Source: Myxococcales bacterium
Lineage (GTDB): Bacteria; Myxococcota_A; UBA9042
Reading direction: 5' to 3'
Length of the DNA: 13,528 nt
Assembly (NCBI GenBank): GCA_037441385.1
Contig: JBBISH010000151.1
Coordinates: 1-13,528 of the forward strand
The position numbers and the translations under genes were made by a program. The notes under the pieces are model-generated. The model worked only from the letters and a program-made list of their open reading frames with translations, did no database searches and was not told where the DNA came from. This document shows positions 6,499-13,528 of this stretch, piece by piece (within the stretch, counting starts at the first letter, position 1; each line of letters starts with the position of its first letter).

Positions 6499-9400
6499 GG
6501 TGCGATGGCCTTGCCCTGAGTGCCAGGGATCACCGCGCCGCCCAGGGCGCCTGTGCCCAAACACCGCAGCGAGCCGTCGGCCATCCGCGCGCACACCTGA
6601 TTGCCGGCCGAGGCGAGTTCCACCACGGCCAAGTCGTTGAAGATGGCGATGGGCTGGCTGCCATCGCCGCTGGGATTGCCAAAATCCGCGGCGGCGGCGT
6701 TGCTGGTGCGGCACCAGACTTGGCCCGTGTCGCCGCGCAAAGCGCACAGGTGGTTGCCGCCAGCGGCCACGTCGGTGTAGGGCGCGCTGGGGCCCAAGGG
6801 CTTGACCGCAAAGGCTGCTGCCGCGGGACTGCCCAAAAGCGGGTTGTCGCCCATGCCCCAACAAACGGCAGGTTGGCCGCCGCCGGCCGCCGCGCACGCG
6901 ACCCCAACGCCCACCCAGATCTGCTGATAAATCCCAGGCAGATCTACCAAGTTGGGCGCTCCCGGCTTGGGCACGCCTTTGCCGCCGACCCATGTCGTCG
7001 CCGCGCTGCCCCAACAGAAGACCTTGCCGGCCACGATTCCGCAGGTGGTGCTGGGGCCGCTGGCCAGAGCCGTAACCCCAGACAATCCGGGCACTTCCTG
7101 GGGTACGGCCGAGTCGACGGCCCCGCTGCCCTGGCCTAGCTGCCCTTGACCCGCCGCGCCCCAGCAATAAGTACGGGCCACCCCGGCCTTGTCCATGCCG
7201 CCGGCGCAAGCGTGGGCAGTCCCGGCGACAAGCTGCGTGGCCTCGATCGGCAGGGTCACCAGGCTGGGCGCGGGCGTGTTGCCAAGCGCTGCGCCGGTTT
7301 GGCCGTGGTCGTTGCGGCCCCAGCACCAAACGCCCAGCGTGGTGTCCACGGCACAGGTAAAGCCGTCGCCCACAGCGACTTGCGCGTAGCTGCCCGTGCC
7401 CACCTGGGTGGCCGTGGGCGTGCTGGCCAGGCCCGTGGCAAGCAACTGACCGTCGCCGTTGCTGCCCCAGCACCACAGGCTGTGATCCGGTCGCAGCGCG
7501 CAGCTGTGGCTGGGGCCCGCGGCCAAGGCGGCGGCGAACGGCTCCCAGCATTGATTCTGCGCGCAGACGCCCACGCCGCTGTTGCACGCCGCGCCCGGCA
7601 CCTTGTCGGCCAGGCCACAGCCCAAGAAGGGCGTGCAGATGCCGACTTGGCACTGCCCCGGCGCTGGGCAAGCCAGCGGCTGGGTGCCCGGCACGCAGCT
7701 GCCCGTCGCACTGCAAACGTCGCCGCCAAAGCAGATGTCGCCGTCGTCGCATGGGCTGCCGGGCTTGGCGGGGCTGTGTACACAACCCTGCGCGGGGTCG
7801 CAACTATCCAAGGTACAAGGCAAAGCGTCGTTGCAGCTGTTGGCACTGCCGCCGACACACGCCCCGCCGCTGCAGGTCTTGGCAAAGGTGCACGGCGCGC
7901 CGTCGTCGCACGGACCATCGACCTGGGTCTGAGTTTGGCAGCCTGAGCTGCTGCACCATGCCACCTGGCAGCCAGAAGCGACACAGCTTGTCGGTTTACT
8001 GACGCACGCGACGGGGTCGCAGGTCGTCTCGCCGGTCACCGCGATTCGCCAGACGGTGCCGCCACTTGGCTCGGACTCTTTGCCGCCGACCAGCCAGAAA
8101 TTGCCTTTTCCGTCGGGCGCAATGGCGGTGGCCAGGTCGTCTGGCGCGTGCACCACCGCCTGCAGTGACTCCAAGTTCGGCCCCAGGACTTCGTGGCGGC
8201 GCAGGCTGCCGCCCTGCACGGTCATGCCTTCGGTGAGCCAGTTGCCCCCCTGCCAAAGGGCTGCCAGCACCATGTAGGGCTGCAAGCCCACGTTTTCGGG
8301 TTGTTTCAGTACCAACCCAGTGGGGTCCAGCAAGGCAGCCGTGCCGGTCCCTTTGCCGGCGGCGAACTTTTGCCCCATCGCCAGCACCGGACCGCCGGGG
8401 CGCGCGGCGAGCGCCGTGATCAGGCTCAGTTGCGTCTGGGCATAGGTGACCACGGTGGCGCTGCCCTTTTGCAGGTCCACTCGCGCCAACTGAGCGGCGT
8501 CGGGAATCGCGAGCGGGTACCACACCTCGCCGCCCACCAACTCGCTGGTCCACGGCTGCTGCGGAACGTCGCTGACCGGGATCCACCGCGGCGCCTCGCC
8601 CGTCAGGCCGAGCAACACCGCCATGGCAAACCCCTTGCCATCCGGCGCCTTGCCGCTGCAGAGCGCCACAATTCGCTGGTCGGGCAAGCGCCGGGCCGAG
8701 TTGCAGTGCTGGGTGCCGGGAGGCAACAGGCCGGCTGGCAGGGCCTGTGGGGCCGGCTTGGCGGGGGCCAAACGCAAGACCTTGGCGGCGGGCACATCGC
8801 CGTGACTCTCTAGAAATACAACGAGTTCTGTGTCATTCAGCGGCGCCGCCGCAGTGATCGAGGCGTCTTCGCTCAGCGCCCACGACGGCCACACGCCGTC
8901 CAGGTCGACGATGCTGGTCGGGCTCCAAGCCAGCGTGTGACCGGGCACTGGCTGGATCAGGCCAAAGAACAAGGCATTGCCTAGCTTCTGCGTGCCGAGC
9001 AGGCTGGCCCCGATGCACGACCCGCCCTTGCAGGTGTCCGGACCCGTGCACGCCGAGCCGTCGTCGCAGATCGTGCCGTCGAGCGGGCTGTGGCCGCACT
9101 GGCCCGCCACGCACAGCTCCTGGTCGCACGGGTTGCCGTCGGCCGGGCACTCCAGCGCCTTGGTTCCGCAAACGTGCGCTTCGCAGATGGCGATCTGGCA
9201 CTCGCCAGGCTTGGGGCAGTCGTCCGGGCTGTTGCAGCCGCCTACCGCATCGCCGTCGGCGTCGCCCGCAGCATCGCTGTCCACAGCGCCGATGTCGGCG
9301 TCGGGACTGCCGTCGCTCCCCACGGTGTCCACGCTGGCGTCGCTACCGCTGGTGTCGACCAAGACCGCATCGTGACCGGTCGAATCGCCGTGCTCGGCCC

Positions 9401-9521
9401 GCCACTTGGCCAAGTCGGGGCCCACGTCGCCCAGGCCACAGGCCGTTGTCGACCCAACCAAGACGAGCCAGACCGTCCAGCAAATCAAGCTGTTACAGAG
9501 CCTATCCAAGCTTCCCCTCAT
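6495..9521 (-). CDS. Large Cys-rich probable lipoprotein with C-terminal RCC1/BLIP-II-like repeat propeller
   Basis: Hydrophobic leader ending TTAC (Cys28) and an Asp/Ala/Gly linker. Two blocks of CDDGxxCT-type repeats (about 9015-9236 and 7548-8021) flank a mostly Cys-poor domain. RCC1 repeats include AGPSHSCAL..LWCWGSNGDGQL, VWCWGRNDHGQTG and TYCWGAAGQGQLG. Confidence 0.88.
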   Translation of the reverse strand: MRGSLDRLCNSLICWTVWLVLVGSTTACGLGDVGPDLAKWRAEHGDSTGHDAVLVDTSGSDASVDTVGSDGSPDADIGAVDSDAAGDADGDAVGGCNSPDDCPKPGECQIAICEAHVCGTKALECPADGNPCDQELCVAGQCGHSPLDGTICDDGSACTGPDTCKGGSCIGASLLGTQKLGNALFFGLIQPVPGHTLAWSPTSIVDLDGVWPSWALSEDASITAAAPLNDTELVVFLESHGDVPAAKVLRLAPAKPAPQALPAGLLPPGTQHCNSARRLPDQRIVALCSGKAPDGKGFAMAVLLGLTGEAPRWIPVSDVPQQPWTSELVGGEVWYPLAIPDAAQLARVDLQKGSATVVTYAQTQLSLITALAARPGGPVLAMGQKFAAGKGTGTAALLDPTGLVLKQPENVGLQPYMVLAALWQGGNWLTEGMTVQGGSLRRHEVLGPNLESLQAVVHAPDDLATAIAPDGKGNFWLVGGKESEPSGGTVWRIAVTGETTCDPVACVSKPTSCVASGCQVAWCSSSGCQTQTQVDGPCDDGAPCTFAKTCSGGACVGGSANSCNDALPCTLDSCDPAQGCVHSPAKPGSPCDDGDICFGGDVCSATGSCVPGTQPLACPAPGQCQVGICTPFLGCGLADKVPGAACNSGVGVCAQNQCWEPFAAALAAGPSHSCALRPDHSLWCWGSNGDGQLLATGLASTPTATQVGTGSYAQVAVGDGFTCAVDTTLGVWCWGRNDHGQTGAALGNTPAPSLVTLPIEATQLVAGTAHACAGGMDKAGVARTYCWGAAGQGQLGQGSGAVDSAVPQEVPGLSGVTALASGPSTTCGIVAGKVFCWGSAATTWVGGKGVPKPGAPNLVDLPGIYQQIWVGVGVACAAAGGGQPAVCWGMGDNPLLGSPAAAAFAVKPLGPSAPYTDVAAGGNHLCALRGDTGQVWCRTSNAAAADFGNPSGDGSQPIAIFNDLAVVELASAGNQVCARMADGSLRCLGTGALGGAVIPGTQGKAIAP

Positions 9522-9571
9522 CCCGCCCCGCGTGCCGCGTCACTCAAGCATGGTGCGCTTGCCCGGCAAAG

Positions 9572-9587
9572 CGCAAGTGCCTTGCCA
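9572..9587 (-). promoter_or_regulatory. Candidate sigma54 (-24/-12) promoter for the RCC1-lipoprotein/GT2/HK/RR operon
   Basis: Minus strand reads TGGCAAG-GCAC-TTGCG with GG-N10-GC spacing and TTGC intact, about 50 nt upstream of ATG 9521. Confidence 0.5.
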
Positions 9588-9610
9588 TCGACCGGTGCGC
9601 TGGGCACAGT
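9582..9610 (+). promoter_or_regulatory. Candidate sigma70 promoter for the methyltransferase gene
   Basis: TTGCCA (9582-9587), 17-nt spacer, CACAGT (9605-9610). The ATG follows 8 nt later with no SD sequence. Confidence 0.35.
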
Positions 9611-9618
9611 GTGGCGCC

Positions 9619-10686
9619 ATGGCTACGCCCGCACTGCCCCTGCCGCACGCCCTTTCGCACCTGCTGCCCCTGTGGCTGGCCCGCAGCTCCGGTGCCGCGC
9701 CAAGATCGTTCTTGCACACGCTGCACCTTGGCCTGCAGGCCCGACAAAGTCTGGCAGGCCTGGACGACACGGATTGCTGCCGCCTCTTGGACGGCGAGGA
9801 CGGTCGGCACTACGTGGATCTGTACGCCAACTGCTTGGTGGTGCAGGACTATTTGGACCTCGATCCCCACGATGTGGCCGCGGTAACGGCCGGCCTAGCC
9901 GAGCTAGCGCAAGCCGTGGAGCCGCTGATTGCGGCTCTGCAACCGCGCGCCGCTTGGCTCAAGATTCGCCCGCGCCAGACCAACACGCTGGTGGATCCGG
10001 TGCGCTTGGCTCCGGCCGAGCCGGCGACCGGCAGCTGTGATCTGCCCTTGGTGGCGCACGAAAATGGCGTGGCGTTTCAGATTCGCCCAGACCAGGGCCT
10101 AGCCACCGGCCTGTACCTGGACCAGCGCAGCAACCGCCGCTGGCTGTTGCGGCAGAAGCCAGGTCTGCGCGTGCTGAATACCTTTTGCTATTCTGCGGGG
10201 TTTTCGATTGCCGCCGCCCGTGCCGGCGCCGCCACGGTCAGCGTGGACATCGCCGAGCCCGCTCTGCAGTGGGCGCGTGACAACTTCGCCTTGAATCACT
10301 TGGCCCTACAGAGCGAAAACGGCGAGCGGTACCACGACCTGATCCGCGGCGACAGCTTGGAGTGGCTCGGGAAATTCGCCAAGCGCGGTCAGCTGTTCGA
10401 CGTGATCATCCTGGACCCGCCCAGCCACGCGACCCATCGCGGCAAACGCTGGACGGCGGTGCGCGACTACCCCGAACTGGTCGAGCTGGCTTGCCGCTGC
10501 CTTGCGCCCGGTGGTCGGCTGCTGGGCTGCATCAACGCCGCCACCGTGGAGCCCGCCCGACTGCACCAGTGGCTGCGGCAAGGCGCGCAGGCGGCGGGGC
10601 GGCAGGTAACTCAGCTTACGCCCATGCGAAGTCAAGTAGACTATCCGTCTAGTCGAATGAAATCGGCGCTGCTTTCGGTTGCGTGA
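9619..10686 (+). CDS. Class I SAM-dependent rRNA methyltransferase, RlmI/RlmK (COG1092) family, probably stand-alone RlmK-like
   Basis: Motifs RLLDGEDG, VDLY, ENGVAF, TGLYLDQRSNR, VLNTFCYSAGFS, SVDIA, WARDNFALN and FDVIILDPPS. ATG 9619 was chosen because the ORF-track start at 9406 overlaps the divergent gene. Confidence 0.88.
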   Translation: MATPALPLPHALSHLLPLWLARSSGAAPRSFLHTLHLGLQARQSLAGLDDTDCCRLLDGEDGRHYVDLYANCLVVQDYLDLDPHDVAAVTAGLAELAQAVEPLIAALQPRAAWLKIRPRQTNTLVDPVRLAPAEPATGSCDLPLVAHENGVAFQIRPDQGLATGLYLDQRSNRRWLLRQKPGLRVLNTFCYSAGFSIAAARAGAATVSVDIAEPALQWARDNFALNHLALQSENGERYHDLIRGDSLEWLGKFAKRGQLFDVIILDPPSHATHRGKRWTAVRDYPELVELACRCLAPGGRLLGCINAATVEPARLHQWLRQGAQAAGRQVTQLTPMRSQVDYPSSRMKSALLSVA

Positions 10687-10756
10687 TCCCAGTCGAGGTT
10701 TGGCGCACAGCCGTGTAGACTGCCGCCGCCGCGGCCGCCTGCCGCCCTGAGCAGCG

Positions 10757-11320
10757 ATGATTCAACGCCACCGCAACCTGATCCCGCACATTCATCCCAC
10801 CGCCTGGGTGCACCCCGCCGCCGTCGTCATCGGCGAGGTCGAATTGGGCCCCTATGTCACGGTTTGGCCCGGCGCCATCCTGCGCGGCGACTGCGGCGCG
10901 ATCCGCGTAGGCGCCCACACCAACATCCAAGACGGCGCGCTGGTGCACACCACCTTCGACGTCAGCCAGACCATCCTGGGCGAGCGAATCACCGTTGGCC
11001 ACGGCGCGGTGCTGCACGGATGCATCGTAGAGGATGACTGTCTGGTAGGTATGCATTCAACGTTGCTGGACAATTGCCGAATCGGCCATCACAGCATCGT
11101 CGGCGCCGGCGCAGTGGTCGGGGTGGGCAAGCAGTTCGAGCCGCGCTCGCTCATCATGGGCAACCCAGCGCAGCGCATCCGCGAGTGCAACGACAAGAAT
11201 TTGCAGCAGATTGACTACGGCTGGAACGCCTACAAGGGCTACCGCGAACCCTTCGTGAACGGCGAGGTGCAGGATCTGCCGGACGATTGGCACTATTGGC
11301 CAAGCGAAGACATCGGGTAA
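10757..11320 (+). CDS. Gamma carbonic anhydrase family protein (YrdA/CaiE/PaaY-like left-handed beta-helix)
   Basis: Hexapeptide repeats, LRGD, NIQDG, three metal-ligand His in ALVH and GHGAVLHGC, then GNPA..R. Confidence 0.95.
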   Translation: MIQRHRNLIPHIHPTAWVHPAAVVIGEVELGPYVTVWPGAILRGDCGAIRVGAHTNIQDGALVHTTFDVSQTILGERITVGHGAVLHGCIVEDDCLVGMHSTLLDNCRIGHHSIVGAGAVVGVGKQFEPRSLIMGNPAQRIRECNDKNLQQIDYGWNAYKGYREPFVNGEVQDLPDDWHYWPSEDIG

Positions 11321-11346
11321 GGCTAGATGTTGCAAGGTACCACTTG

Positions 11347-12522
11347 ATGTTTTCGGATCGAACAAGCTGGGATCGAACGGTCAATCGCCTGTCTCTGGCT
11401 GTCAAAGACCGCCGCCAGCGCGGTCTGGAGGTGGTCGATCTCGGCGAGTCGAACCCGACGCGCGTGGGACTGTCGCCCGTCTGGCAACAGCTGGGGCCGC
11501 TGCTCGATTGCCCGCAGGCGCAGAACTACGCCCCCGAGCCGTTTGGCCTGTGGTCGGCGCGTCAGTGTGTGGCCCACTACCTGGGCAACCGCGTGCCGGC
11601 CGAGCAAGTCGTGCTCAGCGCGTCGACAAGCGAAGCCTACGCGTGGATCCTGCAGATCCTGTGCAATCCGGGCGACGAAGTGCTGGTGCCGGCGCCCTCG
11701 TATCCTCTGCTCGAGTACCTGGCAGCGCTCGCGGCCGTGCAACTTCGCACCTATCCAACGCTTTGGGTGGGGGGCGACTGGCACATCGACCTGGCCAGCC
11801 TGGCCGCGGCCATCGGTCCGCGCACCCGCGCCGTGGTGGTGGTCAGCCCCAACAATCCCACCGGCGCTGTAGCGACCCCAAGTGAAGTCGCAGCGTTGCA
11901 GGGTCTCTGCGCCCAACATGGTCTTGCCCTGGCCATCGACGAAGTTTTTGCCGAGTGGACTGGCGCGCAAGACGGCCAGACCCCGGCGAGCCCCCCGACC
12001 TTGGCCGGCCTGGAGGACTGCCTGACGCTGGTCATGTCCGGTCTGTCCAAAGTGCTGCTGCTGCCGCAGCTCAAGCTGGCCTGGACCGCGGTGAGCGGCC
12101 CACCAAGGTTGGTACAAGAGGCCCTTCATCGCCTTGAAATTGTGGCCGATACTTCCCTGTCGCTGGCCACGCCGGTGCAGTGGGCGCTGCCGGAACTGCT
12201 GACACGGCGCAGCGAGTGGCAGGCGCCCATGCGGCAGCGCTTGCTCCAGAACCGCACGATCTTGGACCGCCTCTGCGCCCATTCGCTGGCGACCGCCCTG
12301 CCCACCCAAGGCGGCTGGAGCGCCGTGCTGCGGATTCCTGCCACCGAGCCCGACGACGAGCGGGCCTTGCGCTGGCTCGAGCGGCACGGGGTGTTGGTGC
12401 AGCCGGGCTATTTCTTTGATTTTGCGGGCAATGGCTGGATCGTCCTTGGCTTGTTGCAGCCGCCTGAGCGCTTTGAACCCGCGGTGGCAGCGCTGCTGGA
12501 CGACCTTCACACATCCGCGTGA
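11347..12522 (+). CDS. Class I/II (fold type I) PLP-dependent aminotransferase-like protein, 391 aa
   Basis: Motifs NPGDEVLVPAPSYP, SPNNPTG, DEVF, SGLSK (PLP Lys) and GVLVQPGYFF. Start at ATG 11347 (MFSDRTSW). Confidence 0.9.
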   Translation: MFSDRTSWDRTVNRLSLAVKDRRQRGLEVVDLGESNPTRVGLSPVWQQLGPLLDCPQAQNYAPEPFGLWSARQCVAHYLGNRVPAEQVVLSASTSEAYAWILQILCNPGDEVLVPAPSYPLLEYLAALAAVQLRTYPTLWVGGDWHIDLASLAAAIGPRTRAVVVVSPNNPTGAVATPSEVAALQGLCAQHGLALAIDEVFAEWTGAQDGQTPASPPTLAGLEDCLTLVMSGLSKVLLLPQLKLAWTAVSGPPRLVQEALHRLEIVADTSLSLATPVQWALPELLTRRSEWQAPMRQRLLQNRTILDRLCAHSLATALPTQGGWSAVLRIPATEPDDERALRWLERHGVLVQPGYFFDFAGNGWIVLGLLQPPERFEPAVAALLDDLHTSA

Positions 12523-12622
12523 CGCAGCCGCCCACCTGCCTGCGGGGCTCCTGTTCGCCGGGCCATTTTCGTAGTAACATCGCCGTCATCTATGGGGCCC
12601 ACCGGGACCTTGGGGAGGAAAC

Positions 12623-13528
12623 GTGAGGATTCTTCTTGCCTTCGCCGCATGCGTCGGCCTGCTCAGCGGCTGCGGGGCCAGCACCCTGCAACAATTCGTC
12701 GCCGAATCCCCGGCAGGCTACCCGGCGCGCTGCCAGAAGGCGGCCGCGGACCACGACCGAGCGCTCCGCGAACTCGACTACTTGCAGCCCGGCTTCCGGA
12801 CGCTGATTTGGACTGGCGAGGCCGCGCCCAACGCCGACGGCGTGCTGACCGAAGACAAGCTGATGCGCGAGTTGCGCGAAGGCGTGCTGAAGTCGGTGTT
12901 CGTGCAAGCGCGCGGGGGCATCGGCAAGACCGAGTTTGGCAAAGCCGTCTTTGCCGAGATCTGCTCGGCCCAGCCAACCTTTACCATCGACTTCAAGGAC
13001 ATCGCCAAGGCCGGCGGCAGTCAGAGCGCCATCACCGCGGCGATGCGCGGCGTGCTGCAGTCGCCCGACGACAAGGACGCCGCCTTCAAGGAGCTTCTGG
13101 CCACCTCGCGCTTCACCTTGATCGTCGATTCGCTGGACGAAGTCGCACCGGACCGCCGCGCGCCGTCGCTGCAGGCCCTGACCGAGATGCGCAAACAATA
13201 TCCGGGCATGCAGCTGCTGCTCCTGGGCCGCCCGTCGATCTACGACCAGTACTACGGCATGCAGGACCTGGACGCCGTCCTGGAGATCGCCCCGCTGGAC
13301 TGCAGTCGGGCCCGCTCGGCGCTGCTGCACACGGCGGCCGACAAGCCCGAGCGCGAACGCATGACCGCGTTTGTGTCGACTTGGCGCCTGGACCGCCAGG
13401 CGGTGTTCGGCCAGCAGTGCTATTACCCCTTCTTGTCCACCTACCGCGACTTGCAGGCCATCAAGCGGCTGTCGGCCGCCTTTGACGCGACCCGCGATCG
13501 CGGCGGCCAGCAGCACAGCTTGGCCGAG
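12623..13528 (+). CDS. Partial (3'-truncated) lipoprotein carrying a NACHT/STAND-type P-loop NTPase domain
   Basis: RBS GGGGAGG (12612-12618) then GTG. The frame stays open for 302 codons to the window end with GC3-rich codons. Translation: MRILLAFAACVGLLSGC...VFVQARGGIGKTEFGK...FTLIVDSLDEV...LLLLGRPS...LEIAPL. Not present in the ORF track. Confidence 0.88.
   Translation, partial: MRILLAFAACVGLLSGCGASTLQQFVAESPAGYPARCQKAAADHDRALRELDYLQPGFRTLIWTGEAAPNADGVLTEDKLMRELREGVLKSVFVQARGGIGKTEFGKAVFAEICSAQPTFTIDFKDIAKAGGSQSAITAAMRGVLQSPDDKDAAFKELLATSRFTLIVDSLDEVAPDRRAPSLQALTEMRKQYPGMQLLLLGRPSIYDQYYGMQDLDAVLEIAPLDCSRARSALLHTAADKPERERMTAFVSTWRLDRQAVFGQQCYYPFLSTYRDLQAIKRLSAAFDATRDRGGQQHSLAE

Noticed and set aside
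6499..7803. 435-codon in-frame N-terminal extension of the GT2 ORF, suggesting an overlapping gene or frameshift fusion
   Set aside because: It is Arg/Gly-rich off-frame translation of the RCC1 gene, typical of high-GC DNA. The ATGA coupling at 6495-6498 gives a clean start and no slippery site was seen.
11323..12510. 395-aa minus-strand ORF
   Set aside because: Antisense mirror of the PLP enzyme gene with no domain signal.
12523..12600. Terminator or promoter between the PLP enzyme and the NACHT lipoprotein (TAACAT at 12575-12580)
   Set aside because: The hairpin is weak with no adjacent U-tract, and there is no convincing -35 at proper spacing.
12590..13516. ORF-track ORFs 12592..13485 (+) and 12590..13516 (-)
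   Set aside because: They are Arg-rich or antisense shadows of the real frame starting at 12623, which has an SD, a lipobox and NTPase motifs.

Overview
GC-rich bacterial chromosomal window whose gene style (Cys-rich and VWA lipoproteins, sigma54-type promoters) suggests Myxococcota/Deltaproteobacteria (inference). It holds 10 complete CDS and 1 partial CDS. On +: an exported START/SRPBCC protein and a class-V PLP enzyme (CefD/Egt2-like). On -: a VWA lipoprotein with a candidate sigma54 promoter and enhancer, and an operon of Cys-rich RCC1-repeat lipoprotein, GT2 glycosyltransferase, 2-TM histidine kinase and OmpR-family regulator. On + again: a stand-alone RlmK/RlmI-family methyltransferase, a gamma-carbonic-anhydrase-like protein and an atypical class I/II PLP enzyme. 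The last gene (12623..>13528) is missing from the supplied ORF track because it has no stop codon in the window. It is the most striking feature: a lipoprotein signal peptide (LSGC lipobox) fused directly to a NACHT/STAND-type NTPase, i.e. an apparently exported NLR-like protein. Non-coding features include a REP-like palindromic doublet (26..155) and 11-bp phased repeats (191..231). There is also an exact 21-bp in-frame duplication (941..985). No rRNA, tRNA, CRISPR array or transposase was seen.
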